Positions 49,560 to 62,036 of a DNA stretch of 64,000 bases are shown here, in pieces; the first letter of the stretch is position 1, and each line of letters begins with the position of its first letter. The stretch is from Octopus sinensis (taxonomy: Eukaryota). The stretch covers positions 61,008,001 to 61,072,000 of the forward strand of contig NC_043007.1 of the NCBI RefSeq assembly GCF_006345805.1, read 5' to 3'. A model generated the notes under the pieces. That model saw nothing but the letters and a program-made list of their open reading frames with translations. It had not been told where the DNA came from and did not search any database. Both the position numbers and the translations under genes were made by a program.

Positions 49560-50738
49560 CTTTTTGCATTACGCACTTTAAAAACGATGGGAGAAGCCTT
49601 TTCGGTAAAAAAGAAAAGAAATATTTGGAAATATTTTCAGGCGGAAAGGTGTGTGATTTAAGGGAGACGTAGCTGTTGTTTCTAGCACATCCTACGACTA
49701 CCTGGTACCTTTCCCGTTTATTTGTCACTCTGACGACATGTATTGGTGCTTTTCAATATTTTCTCCCCATAAGCACCTTTTGTTTAGCCCAAGGGTGGCC
49801 CATTGCTGGGATTTAAACAACAACAAAAATTGTAATTTAAATTTTAACCTCCACCCACGCAACAAGCAAGTCCGCGGCGCGTATGTGTGCTTGTAAGAAA
49901 AAACATATTTACTAACACAAAATTCCGTGATTAAAGTAATTATCTTTTACATACCTTTTTTAAATCACTGTGGATAAATCTCAGCAATGACATTCTCAGG
50001 CTCTCCAATATTCTAAAATTATAAACAAGGCTAGTAAAGGTTTTTCTTACACACACGCACATACACGTTATGAAAATATTTCCAAACAAAAATGCATGCG
50101 ATGTAAGGGAGATTTAGCTATTGTTCGTAGCACATGCCAAGACAACTTGCTACTTTCCTCGTTTCTTTTCCCCATCCTGCACCAAGCAAGTCCATGTATC
50201 TGTGTGTATCAGAAAAAACGCATTTACTAACAGAAAAGTATGCTACTGAAAATAGTTTTTGAAAATTTATGATTTTTCAACCCCCACCCCCACCCTAGTC
50301 TCTCTTTATAATTTTAAAATATTGCAGAGCTAAGGTTATTGCTAGGATTTATCCACAGTGATTAAAAAAAAAAGTTATGTAAAAGATAATTTATTTTAAT
50401 TGCATACTTATCTGTTCGTAAATATATTTTGTCTGACACATTTTTGTCTGGTGTGGGAGGAGGAGGGTAAAATTTTAAATTGCAAATTTATTTTGGCTTA
50501 AATCCCAGCAATGGGCCATCCTTGAGTTAAACAAAATGTGTTTATGGAGAGAAAATATCGAAAAATATCAATACAAAGACAAAGAAGGTACCAGGAAGTC
50601 ATTGCATGTGCTAGAAACAACAGCTACACCTCTCTTAAATCACAAACTTTTTTATCTGAAAATATTTTCAAAGACTTTTTATTTTAATTTTTACTGAAAA
50701 AGCTTCTCCCATCATTTCTAAGAGTGTAGTGCAAAAAA
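49560..50738. repeat. Long imperfect inverted repeat (foldback), arms about 450-470 bp
   Basis: Anchors gatgggagaagc, gtagctgttgtttctagcacat, tggcccattgctgggattta and aatcactgtggataaatc each recur as reverse complements in mirrored order. Confidence 0.9.
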
Positions 50739-50854
50739 AAAAAAGAAAAAAAAGGCTAAAGTTGATCCAGAGGGACAATGGAGCAAAAAAAATGAGTAAA
50801 TTTTCAAGATTCTTTTCATAAAAAGATTCCTCCCATCATTTCAAAGGCTGTGTA

Positions 50855-50858
50855 ATAT

Positions 50859-50904
<46 letters not shown>

Positions 50905-50905
50905 T
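50855..50905. repeat. (TA)n microsatellite (others at about 14090-14150, 52030-52100, 53200-53267, 61525-61605)
   Basis: Direct inspection. Confidence 0.9.
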
Positions 50906-52016
50906 GTAATGAGTAAAGTTTTGGTTCTTAGGAAGGCTGCAATGCTCTTGTTCAGGGTCACCAAATATAATGGTAGAAATTGGATTGGTAAACAATATTA
51001 AGAATTGTTGTAGTCAGCTGGTGTGACGATAAAAGTTTGTTATTATGCATACTGTAGGATGTAAAAGATGAAAAATGCATGAAGTTTTAAGAAAGTATTT
51101 AGTTACCGTTACGTTACAAATACCTTGCCTTGACGGGAAGGTTTTGATACATCCAAAAGCATGCGAAGTAAAGTTTGAGTTTGGGTTCTCTTCATTGTTT
51201 AGTAGTAATTACTGAGACAGATAGAATGATGTTGTAAGAGAACAGAATTAGAGCTAGAGAGAATTGTAGGGTGTTGTCTCACAGCTGCTGACTAATTTTC
51301 ATTTCTCTCGCTGACCATTAGAGGTATTCCTTGTGATCATGATTCTAGCAGTCCATTCCCCAACTAACTGAGTTGTCATGATGTGATGAACTTGGTTGAG
51401 TCGTCACCAGCTGGTGACTAACTGATTTTTGTTTGCAGTATTATTGCTTTTATAACAATCCAGAAGGATAGACATACCATTGAAAACAATAGATTTAGTT
51501 GGTGGTCTTGTTATCTCTATTCTAGCTTTTGGTGAAATAGAAGAGGTTAGAAAGGGTCACGTGGTGAAGACATTATTTCGGCCTAGCTAAAGGCATCTGG
51601 AAGATGTAAAACTGCTGTCAGAGAAAATCCATTGTTCCATCGTGGGAAAAGATCTGTTGCAGTGTTAATTTAAATTTGGCTATAGTGGATCGAATCCACT
51701 TCATGCAAGCAAGATCCACCACACACACACACACACTCACACATATATAGTGTATATATATATATATATTAAATTAGAGATAAAACCACTATTATGCAAA
51801 TAAAACAGTGAGAAACATAAACCAAAACATAGAAATAAAATTAATTAATATAATATACAAAATATATAAAATATAAAATTCAAAATTTAAATTATTTAAA
51901 TTTAAAGTTAAAATTTATATATATATAATTTAATATATATATTTATACTGTAAAATTAGATTTAATCCTAATTTTTCCCTGTAAGTTTGGATTTACTCCC
52001 TAATATTATTATTATC

Positions 52017-52079
<63 letters not shown>

Positions 52080-52399
52080 CATATACATATATATATATAT
52101 TACATATTCCAAGAAAGTTAGAGGTTGTGAATCCAACCAACTAAGGGATAATATCTATCCAATATACTGCTGGTAGAATACCCAATTATTAATACACAAG
52201 TATTTTTTATTGCATTGCAATTACATTACCGAATGTACTAAATGGGTGAGGGTAAAGAGATCTTTTACCATTACTATTAATTTTTAGAGCAATAAGAAAA
52301 TGGAGGAGATCAATTGGTGGTATTCATCAACTTTTAGACATTATATTATGTCAATTTATTTATTTATTTACTAAAATTGATCTATATATTACATATATA

Positions 52400-53197
52400 T
52401 CATCATTATCATCATTTAACGTCCGTTTTCCATGCTAGCATGGGTTGGACAGTTTGACCGGGGGTCTGGTAAGCCATGGAAGCTGCACCAGGCTCTAGTC
52501 TGATTTGGCAGTGTTACTACAGCTGGATGCCCTTCCTAACGCCAACCACTTCGGTTGGTGCTTTTACGTGTTACCGACACGGACGCCAGTCAGGCGGCAT
52601 TGGCATCTGCCACGTTTGGACGGTGCTTTTTACGTGTCACCAGCACAGGTGTCTTAACTACGATTTCTATTTGAATTTTTATTTTGATGTCGATGTACTT
52701 GACTCAATAGGTCTCCTCAAGAACAGTGGGTCACTCTACAATCCAAGGTTAGCATAGCAGGCCGTCCTACAAGTCATGAACTCACTTCATTTGTTGGGTC
52801 TTCGATGTCACAGCATATCTCCAGAGGTCTCGGTCTTTCGTCATAGCCTCTGTGAAACTCAAAGTACGAAGGTAATGCTTGACCACCTTGTCCCATGTCT
52901 TCCTGGGGCTACCTCTACCCCGTATTGCTTCAACAGTTTGGGAGTGGCACTTCTTCACACATCTCTCCTCATCCATCCGTAGTACATGACCATACCAAGG
53001 CAATCGTCTCTCCTGCACGCTGCATCCAATGCTTCTTATGCCCAACATTTCTCTCAGGGCGCTTACACTCTGTTGTGCATGGACACTGACATTACACATC
53101 CAGCGGATCATGCTAGCTTCATTTCTTTCAAGCCTACGCATGTCCTTCGCAGTCACAGCCCATGTTTCACTGCCGTGAAGCATGGCAGTTTGCACAC
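52400..53197 (-). mobile_element. RTE-clade LINE 3' fragment
   Basis: [12 protein letters not shown]...VQERRLPWYGHVLRM...GRGSPRKTW, then 3'UTR and tail. Confidence 0.92.
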
Positions 53198-53228
53198 ATG
53201 TATATATATATATATACAAATATATATA

Positions 53229-53267
<39 letters not shown>

Positions 53268-53270
<3 letters not shown>

Positions 53271-54243
53271 TTGCAAACAACTGGCACATGCAAGTGCTAC
53301 CAGTCAAAAGCTCCACATACCAGAAGCCAGCAAGTGTATGGGGTCATCAGGAGAGAATGCGTGCCGTTTCGGGGCCTACCTCACGACGGCATCAATGCGC
53401 ACCGGCTCCCCTCACTAATATGAGGCCCCGCTTGCTCAATCAGCTGGTTATCAAATAAAGCTCAATATTCTTCTAGCCATTGCTCATCATCTCTTTTTAA
53501 CCAAATCCAGTGGCTAGCCTTCTCCACTGTAGATTGGATATCGGTCATGGTGGTATTGACTTTACGATGAGTTAGGCCTAACGATAACAACAGTCATCTC
53601 ACACTGAGTCCAACGAACCCTCTACATCCAACTTTGATTGGAAAATGCTCTGCTTTCCAGCCTGCGTCTTCACATTCCTTGAGGAGGTTTACATAACAGT
53701 CAATCTTTTGAGCCTGAGAGGCGTCCATATTATCTTCATGAGGAACCGTTAACTCGACTAGATTTACAACCTTCCGTCTTTCACACCACATCAAAATGTC
53801 TGGTTTTTTCGTAATTGGGATGGGAAAGAATCCTTGGCACCCAGGTAAATCTGCAGTCACCTCCCAATAGCCGTTCCACTTTTCATCTCTCACTGGAAGT
53901 TTCTTGATCTTCTTGAAACGGATCTGCTGACCTGAACGCACGAAGGTAACAAAATCTCTAGATGGTACTTTTAATGGTTTTTTCTCAGTGTTGTTGAGAT
54001 GAAGTTGGTTCTTTATAGCATTAAAGATAACCTTAAGGACCAAGTTGTGTCTCCATGTATACCTGTTCAATGCTAAAGAACAATTGGAAAGAATATGTTT
54101 TGCACATGCCATTCTCTGAGATGTTCCATCTTACTAGATTCGTAGGTGGTGGCAAAACATCATAAGATGAACGAATCAGGAAACTTAGCTGAGATGTTGT
54201 CCACTTCCATATCTCATCCCAACTTATTTTCCTCTCAACATGT
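53268..54243 (-). mobile_element. HERO-like non-LTR retrotransposon with restriction-like endonuclease (RLE), 5'-truncated
   Basis: SFLIRSSYDVLP, HILSNC..RYTWRHN, KPDI..VELTVPHED, VGCRGF, then an in-frame TGA (53594-53596) and EKASHWIWLKRDD to the stop at 53462-53464; 3'UTR abuts (TA)n. Confidence 0.88.
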
Positions 54244-55288
54244 CTGTTTTGCAAGGAGATTCATACCACACATATTTGACTGAATGCTTTGCTGATGTCA
54301 GGTGAAAGAACATTGTTTTTATTAAATTTCTCAAGAGTAAAAGCATGCCTCTACAGAACCCATTCAGAGGATAATTAAGAGGGAAGAAATATTCAAGCTG
54401 TTGCAAATGACACTGTAAAAAAACAGGAATGCACTGTAGTAGGTTCTGAAAGATTGGTATGTACATCTTGAGAGAGTGAAAGAGAGAGGGGGGTAGAGGG
54501 AGAGATACAGATTCAGATAGAAATAGGGTTAACTGTGAGACATATTGTTTGAAGTGACATTGTCAAGGCTGGTGGCCTTGTTTCTTCAAAACAGCTGGAG
54601 ATGCTTTTGTACTTGACATATATATATTGGTAGTTTTGAGCCAAGAGGAGTTGTGCAATGTCTCAATGATAAGGCCATTTTTTGACTGTGTTTTGTTAAT
54701 ACCTGCTGTCTATCCTGAATATTTATTCATGTCATACCTATGACACACATACTTATGTATACCAAAGGTGTATATGGAATATACTTATACACTATTTCAG
54801 TTATCTAAAATTTTTCAAAGCTGTTTATAAACATGCTATAAAATTAATGTTTTGTTTTATTATCTAAAATATGTGACTGATATAGACAAAATTTATGTCA
54901 GTGAATATTCCCAGCTGTCAGTTGCAGATCACAATGATTTCAGCAAGTTTTAACAGTTTCCCCTTCCTTTTGCAGTGCCAAGGAACTATATTGAGTATTT
55001 AACCTTTGAATGTTCAGATTACTCTGTCAAATGCATGCCTATTTATTCACATTGGTTTGAATTAAATATGCATTATATTGTAACTTTGAGAATTGGATGA
55101 TGTGATTTTAAAAATCTTTGTAAGGTAGGTGTAAGAGGCCAGATCTGGTCAGTTTCAACAGAAAACAGAAAATTTTGACTGGATATGGCCTGTTTAAATG
55201 CTAATGAGTTAAATCCACAACAAATCACTAAACTATATCAGTCTCTCATCCAGATATGAAAATATCACAGGACATATCACAGAAATAT

Positions 55289-55683
55289 CGCAGGAGTGGC
55301 TGTGTGGTAAGTAGCTTGCTTGCCAACCACATGGTTCCAGGTTCAGTCCCACTGCGTGGAACCTTGGGCAAGTGTCTTCTACTATAGCTTCGGGCCGACC
55401 AAAGCCTTGTGAGTGGATTTGGTAGACGGAAACTGAAAGAAGCCCGTCGTATATATGTGTATATATATATGCTTGTGTGTCTGTGTTTGTTCCCCTAGCA
55501 TTGCTTGACAACTGATGCTGGTGTGTTTATGTCCCCGTTACTTAGTGGTTCGGCAAAAGAGACCGATAGAATAAGTACTGGGCTTACAAAAGAATAAGTC
55601 CCGGGGTCGAGTTGCTCGATTAAAGGCGGTGCTCCAGCATGGCCGCAGTCAAATGACTGAAACAAGTAAAAGAGAGTAAAGAG
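55289..55683 (+). mobile_element. tRNA-derived SINE family A, near-intact copy
   Basis: A-box tggctgtgtggt, B-box ggttcagtccc, central ccttgggcaagtgtcttc, internal (TA)/(TG) run, tail gcggtgctccagcatggccgcagtcaaatgactgaaacaagtaaaag. Older copies at about 510-1172 (interrupted), 4135-4480, 8450-8700, 18068-18500, 25125-25350, 32700-32910(-) and 39545-39780. Confidence 0.88.
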
Positions 55684-56413
55684 TATAAACGACAGGTAGC
55701 TTCATCCATGCTGCTAAAGTCTTATTTAATCAGCAATCAAAAATGGTTTCACTTTAATCTTCAAAAGGGTGTTTCCTTATATCAAATTCTATATAAACCA
55801 TATTCTTTTTTCTTCTAGTTTATTCATCAACTCTTTGCTAATTGTCTACTAACTATTAATATTACTGGTTATGATATACAGAAATAATGTAGGAGAAATG
55901 AGGATAAACACAAGTTTATATCATTTGTTCCCTACATATGTTTCACTGTTGTGGTTGTTTGGAACTCTGCATTGAGTGTTCCTAGTGTAATTGGATGCTT
56001 AACAACAATAGATCAACAGGGGACGAGTTTTGTGATATCTGATCTCTGAAACAACACATTGAGTTGAAAATATACATCTTTGAAAATTTTGTATGCTTTC
56101 ATTCTTATCCTTGCTCACAACTTTTTAAAGTCCTTGTATTTGAAAACTTCTTTGTATGTTGACATTTTATATTACTTTCTGCTTTTCTATTTATGCAATC
56201 AATTCAACAATCAGAATCAGGACATACCACTAAGTCTGTTGATGTGACAGTATGATTCAAACCATGAAGACCATCACCAAATCGACTCTCAATTTACAAA
56301 GGTCTTATTGATGTCCTTCTTCTCAATAATTTATAAAAAAGAGGTAGAAGTTAGCAACAGGAACTGTACCCAGTTGTAAAACAACACTTCAACGTATTTT
56401 ATTTTTACAAGTT

Positions 56414-56553
56414 AAAGGTTGACAATGACTTCAGTGTTTAAGCTTACTAGCCATCATCAGACAGTCTGATGATAGCTTTTAAGCTTATTAGCCATCATCA
56501 GACAGTCTGATGATAGCTAGTAAGCTTAAACACTGAAGTCACTGTCAACCTTT
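56414..56553. repeat. Near-perfect palindrome with a duplicated apex
   Basis: 38 bp outer arms with 1 mismatch enclose two tandem atcatcagac-a-gtctgatgat hairpins. Confidence 0.92.
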
Positions 56554-58749
56554 TCCTTCTAAAAATTAATAGATATGTACTCTATTGAAAGTGTTGCATG
56601 ATTCTTCTTCTTCTTCTTCTAACATCTTTGTTCCATACTGACATGGGTTTGACAGGGTTGTTGAGACCAAAGACTGCATTGTGCTTTACTGTCTACATTG
56701 ACTAGTTTCTATGGCTGGATGCCCTTCCAAATACTAACCATTTTACAGTGCAAACTGGGTGCTTTTGGGGGGCTGCAAATACTAGTGAGATCACTGTACT
56801 GCCTGCAAAGAATATGAACTCCAAGAAAGTTATCTTTAAGCTAGGAGGTGAGGGGTTAAAATATAAGAGAAGGGACCAGGACAAAACAGAATTCTTGATG
56901 TAGAGGGGTTATGTGGCTGCTCACATTTTAGAAGAGAGGATAGGGGTTATGCTCTGGGTGAAGTGGGAAGAAATACAAATACTGGTGATGCAGCATCTGT
57001 GGGTATCCTCAAGGTATGATGTGAGTAGAAATGCATGGGACAGAAAAGTGTGAGTGGGTGGTGATTGCAGGAGTCTCTGGAAGAGTGACAGATGGAGAAT
57101 GGTTGCGGTGGTGAATATAATGAATGAAGGACAAGTGTTGAATGGAAGTTTAGGTGACAACTGTAGAGATTGGGTAAGGTTGTGGGTTGGGTGTAGCAAA
57201 TGGCAGGTAAGAGGTGGGATTGGGCAATGATGTGGGATTATGAAGAGTAGAAGAATAGTAATGATGATACAGTAAACAGGGTGAGAAAGAGAGAGAGAGA
57301 ACAAGTGAGGGAGATAAGTGGTTAGGTAAGTTGCAAGAGTAAGGGGAGAAGAGAGAAGCAGGCATAGTGCTTAGGGAGAGTGAGAAACATATGTAGTGAT
57401 GTAGAAGATGAGATGATTTAGTGGCACAGGCAAAATGGAGCAATGTAAAATGTTAATGGAGAGGGCAGTGTTAAGGATCAGGGATGGCTATCAAGGGAAA
57501 TGGGTTCTGGTTGTGAGAAAGATTAGTAGTATCAAGTAAAAACTGCAGTTAGGTGAAAGGTGATGAGGGCTTCTTGGGGAGGAAGTTTGGCAAAAGGCCC
57601 AAGGATTTTCTTGAAAACCACATATCATCAGTCATCCCAGTCCCTTGTCATCTCTTCCACAGCCATATAAAGTGTACTCGGTATTTATGAACAAAATTTA
57701 GTGGGCCATAAATTGAAGATGATCTAATATAATAGAATGCATCAAATTTTAATTTTCTCATTTCCTTCTTAGATGTTTTGACAGCATCAGATTTCAATCC
57801 AGTACAGTAAATGAAAAGACATGACATGTTTATAGCTTTAGTCATCAATTACAACTTTTTGAATACAGATGGCTCCCTTGTGTTGAATGTTGGTACTCTG
57901 AAAACATGAAAAAATATATAGATACGATACTTTTTTTTTGTTCAAAATAATATTTATTTTCTCTTTAGAAATATACAGATGATGTTGTTCACTATCTGAT
58001 GTGCGATGTATGAAGACATCAGGGACAAGATATACGTTCTCCTGATCTGAACTCCTTCCAGAGTTGCATGTGAACTGTTGTTGGGAGGAGGAAACTGATC
58101 ACTGGCCCCCTCAGTTCCAAAAACTAACAAGCAACTTGCATAGATAAGAGAATATTTGTTGAGCAGAATTTTCTATGGCTATATGCTCTAGGAAGAGCAT
58201 ATAGTCAATCTTCACCTTCATCCAAGCAAGTTGATATTTCCTCCAGTCCTTTGAACATGAACAGCACAATGACTGGACATATTTTCGTGTAAGATTACAA
58301 ATGAACAACACTGCTTGTATGACAATGATGTTTTTTTAACAATCAGCATGTGATGTTGAGATAAGGAGATATAAACACACACACACATCAATCACACATA
58401 GGTGGTCAATGAAACAGGTTTTGTGTTTTCTGTTGATATATAGTTTCAGTCTTTTGTTGTTTGAGACAGTTTGAACATTTTTTCTTTTTCTTATGAAATT
58501 GAGCTCTTTTGCAGAAGTAAGAAGTCAATGATTTTGAAATCAGTTTCCATTTTCCATTTTGGTCAGCAATTCTCCTGATGAAAGAAGATCACCATCACAT
58601 AATCTCATTTCTGTGTGTCCAAAGCACATCTGTTAGTGATTTTTAAAAGTCTGTGCAAAATACCAACAATTTGACTGTGTTGGAAGAGAACGTCACTGAG
58701 ACAGGTGAAGTTTAAGTATCTCAGGGACATATTCTTGAGTGCTGGAAGA

Positions 58750-59330
58750 CAGGAGGCTAAACTGGATGCTCAAATTGCACAGTAATGTGCCAGCTCCAGC
58801 ATTCGATCATCAAAAGAAAAGAGGCTGATGAAAAAGCCACACTTGCCATCTTCAGTTTGGTTTTTATGCCTATCCTCACCTATGGCTATAAATGTTGGGT
58901 AATGACTGAAAGAGTATGATTGCAAGTACAAGTGACCAAAATGGGGTTCCTTCAATGGGTCTGTGAGGTGACATTACTTTACAGGATGAGTAGCTCAGAG
59001 ATCAGGGAATCTCTCCAGGTCAAGGTGTTGCTTCTCCACATTGAGAGATCACAACTTTGATACTAGGGACATGTGATTAGAATGTTACAGGAAAGAATCG
59101 CAAGACAGATTCTTCAAGCCAAGTCAACTGGCAAGAGACCTAGGTGTAAACTAAGAATGAAATATTTGGATAATATCCATAATCTCAGTTGGTTGTGCTT
59201 GGGAATTCAGTTGGAAAATAGGATGACATTGCTTCTGATAGGACCTTATTGAAAAGGTACCTGAGGACTCTCTCAGGAATAGTGGGTGGAGAAGATGGAT
59301 GGAAGTACTGAAGTGTACAGGAGTATTCTG
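58750..59330 (+). mobile_element. Expander/Rex3-like RTE 3' fragment, decayed
   Basis: Conceptual translation PILTYGYKCWVMTERV..., SSEIRESLQV..LLLHIERSQL..GHVIRM, TGKRPR with stops. Confidence 0.8.
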
Positions 59331-61532
59331 AGAACATGAAAATATATACATATACAAAGGTGGTGAGCTGGTAGAATTGTTAGCATGCCAGGCAAAATGC
59401 TTAGCAGCATTTCATCCATCTTTATGTTCTGAGTTCAAATTCTGCTGAGGTTGACTTTACTTTTCATCCTTTTGGGGGTCAATAAAATAAATAGCAGTTG
59501 AACATAGGAATTGATGTAACTGACTTACTCTCTCCCTGAAATTGCAGGTCAAGTGCCAAACTTTGAAACCAATATATATAGATACAACTCAAAATATGGG
59601 TTGACTCAAATAATACTAAAAACAAAATCATATAAAAATGAATATTTGAAAATAAATACAAATACAACAGAACTCCTTTTTTTCCCAAACAATATTTATT
59701 TTCTTTTTAGAAATATACAGAAATTTCAATGATTGTATGACAACATAAGATAATTGTTATTCAGGATATTTTTTTTCTTTTTCAGTGAGCAAAACACAAC
59801 TAATTATTCAGTGATAACAATGGTTTACATTTTATATAAGTCTTTCAGAATTTAACAATTCCATAATTATCCAAAGTAAGCTGCAGACATGAAGAGAAAG
59901 GAAGAGAGGAAGGGGTGGACAACAACATTCAATAACTATTAACTTTACTGTTGAAACAAAACAAAATACTGGACACCACTTAGTCTTGCAGACTACCATT
60001 TCTCCTCATGTTCTGTGTTCAAACCTACCGAAGCTGACTTTACTTTTTAATTCTTCAATTGTGAATAAAATAGGTATCAGTAATATACAGAGGTTGAGTC
60101 AATTGACTATGTACTACCCTGGAAAATTTGTGTATAGTCAATATTATTATTATTGTTGTTGTTTGGTTTCTGATTTAGGTGCAGGGCTAGCTATTTTTAG
60201 GGGAGGAGTTAATCACTATATTTGACCCCATAACTCGACTGGTACTTCTGTCAAGTACTGAGGTGGGATCAGTTTAATTGGCTAACCCTTCCCATCAAAT
60301 TTCTGGCCTAGTGTCTATGTTAAGAACAAATGTAATAATCATCATCATTATTTAGATATGGCCCTTTATATTCTGAGTTCACACCCTGGTGAGGTCAGCT
60401 TTGCTTTTCATCTATTTGGTAGTCCATGAAATAAATGACCCAGTCAAATATTGACATTGATGCAATCAACTAACACACTCTCATCAAAATTGTTGGCTTT
60501 GTGCCCAGATAAAAATTATTATTAGTATTATTATATTTTACTTCTCAGAGCTCTCGGTCTTACTTGCTCTGGTTGAATCTGTGAAAGCCTGTTGTCAAAG
60601 GATGCACAGTGTTTCTTAAGCAAATTATAAGACTAGGTACTTGGATGTTAAGTTTCAACACCCAAGCACCAATCTCAAAATCCTTACTAATTATCATTAT
60701 TATTATTATTATTAAAATTAAAATTATTATTATTATTATTTCTTACAGTAGTATAAATTGTGATTCAGCAGTATTGTTTTAGAAAAGGTTTTAACATTCT
60801 TCTGAAATTACTTCTATGTTTTATTTTCATTCATCTCTAAATTCTGAAATTCTTAATTATATATCTTCACTTAAAACAAAATTAATTCTTTAAATCTTAC
60901 ATATTTAACATAAAATTAAATTCAATAAAATTTCTATTGGAAATTTCAGAAGCTTTTTTTTAAATATATTATGTAAGAAACTAAATGATACCTTTTAAAA
61001 ATTGATTTTGGGGTGGGTGAAAACTGAATTGAAGATTTAAAAATTTAAGGTTCAACCATCAAGAAAGAGAGAAAAAGAAAGCTCACTTAAAGGTGCAAAT
61101 AGAAAGTCAGTTAGAGTAAGATATAATAAGAAATCAGATGAAATGTGAGAAATCATAAAAATTATGTTCCTTGAATATATGTGTGTGTGTGTGTATGTGT
61201 ACAGTGTTTTATTGAAGCTGATAAAGTCCACAAACTGTTACTCAGTTGTACTGTTCTAAAAGTTCACTTCTGTCTGGTGATAAAGTTACATGAAACTCAG
61301 AGCAACAGTTTGTGAAGTTTTCAGCTTCAACAAAACACTATATGTTCCTCCCCTTTTGGTATTCACACACTATTTTATTCACTTTATTCTGTACCTATGT
61401 GCTCACATGTGTGTGTGTATGTATTTATATAGATATACTTTTATTATTGTTTGATTCCCCATTATATGTGTTGAGTGGTCATTTTTATTTGTATACTTAT
61501 TTGCATTTGCAAATATGTGTGTGTGTATATAT

Positions 61533-61606
<74 letters not shown>

Positions 61607-61953
61607 GATTATCATCATCATTTAATGTCCGTTCTCCATGCTGGCATGGGTTGGACAGTGTGACCAGAGCTGTTACGGTCAGGGGCCACACCAGACCCCA
61701 TTGATCATGATATGCATGTATACACACACACTCTCACATGAAAATCTATCAGTATGTAACTGCATGTATGTGTGAGGGGGTTACAAGAAATATGATGGAT
61801 GTAAATCAAAAAGAGGAAACTGAATGAGAAATATATATATAAAAAAAAAATTAAATAAATATATTAATATGGGGGCACTGGTGAGTACATGACCATAGGT
61901 TTTCTGTTTTTTTTTTTTTTTTTGATCCAATGAGTAACAAATATATTTAGAAT

Positions 61954-62036
61954 TTACTTCTCAATAACCTCCACCTTTATTTCTGAATCACTTTCGCTTG
62001 AATTCACACTCCGGGGCAAACTGTCAAGAGATTCCT
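61954..62036 (-). CDS. Possible terminal coding exon of an unidentified gene (EESLDSLPRSVNSSESDSEIKVEVIEK*)
   Basis: Minus-strand tttttaactatattgcag acceptor followed by an open acidic/Ser-rich frame and TAA; GC-richer than its flanks. No homology recognised. Confidence 0.35.

Noticed and set aside
52782-53276. 164 aa ORF with an N-terminal IY repeat
   Set aside because: It is an accidental in-frame join of a HERO 3'UTR end, (TA)n and an RTE fragment.
53340-53375. Hammerhead ribozyme (minus-strand GAAAC ... CUGAUGA) in the HERO-like 3'UTR
   Set aside because: Stem II cannot form (cccc faces cccc) and the G10.1-C11.1 pair is absent.
54330-54456. Plus-strand exon ending at a gtatgt donor
   Set aside because: All frames from candidate acceptors hit stops; no homology recognised.
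55289-55360. tRNA gene
   Set aside because: A/B boxes are present, but there is no cloverleaf and it continues into a SINE body and tail.
58530-58625. Minus-strand frame MCFGHTEMRLCDGDLL...*
   Set aside because: Weak pyrimidine tract, no recognisable family and no linking exon.
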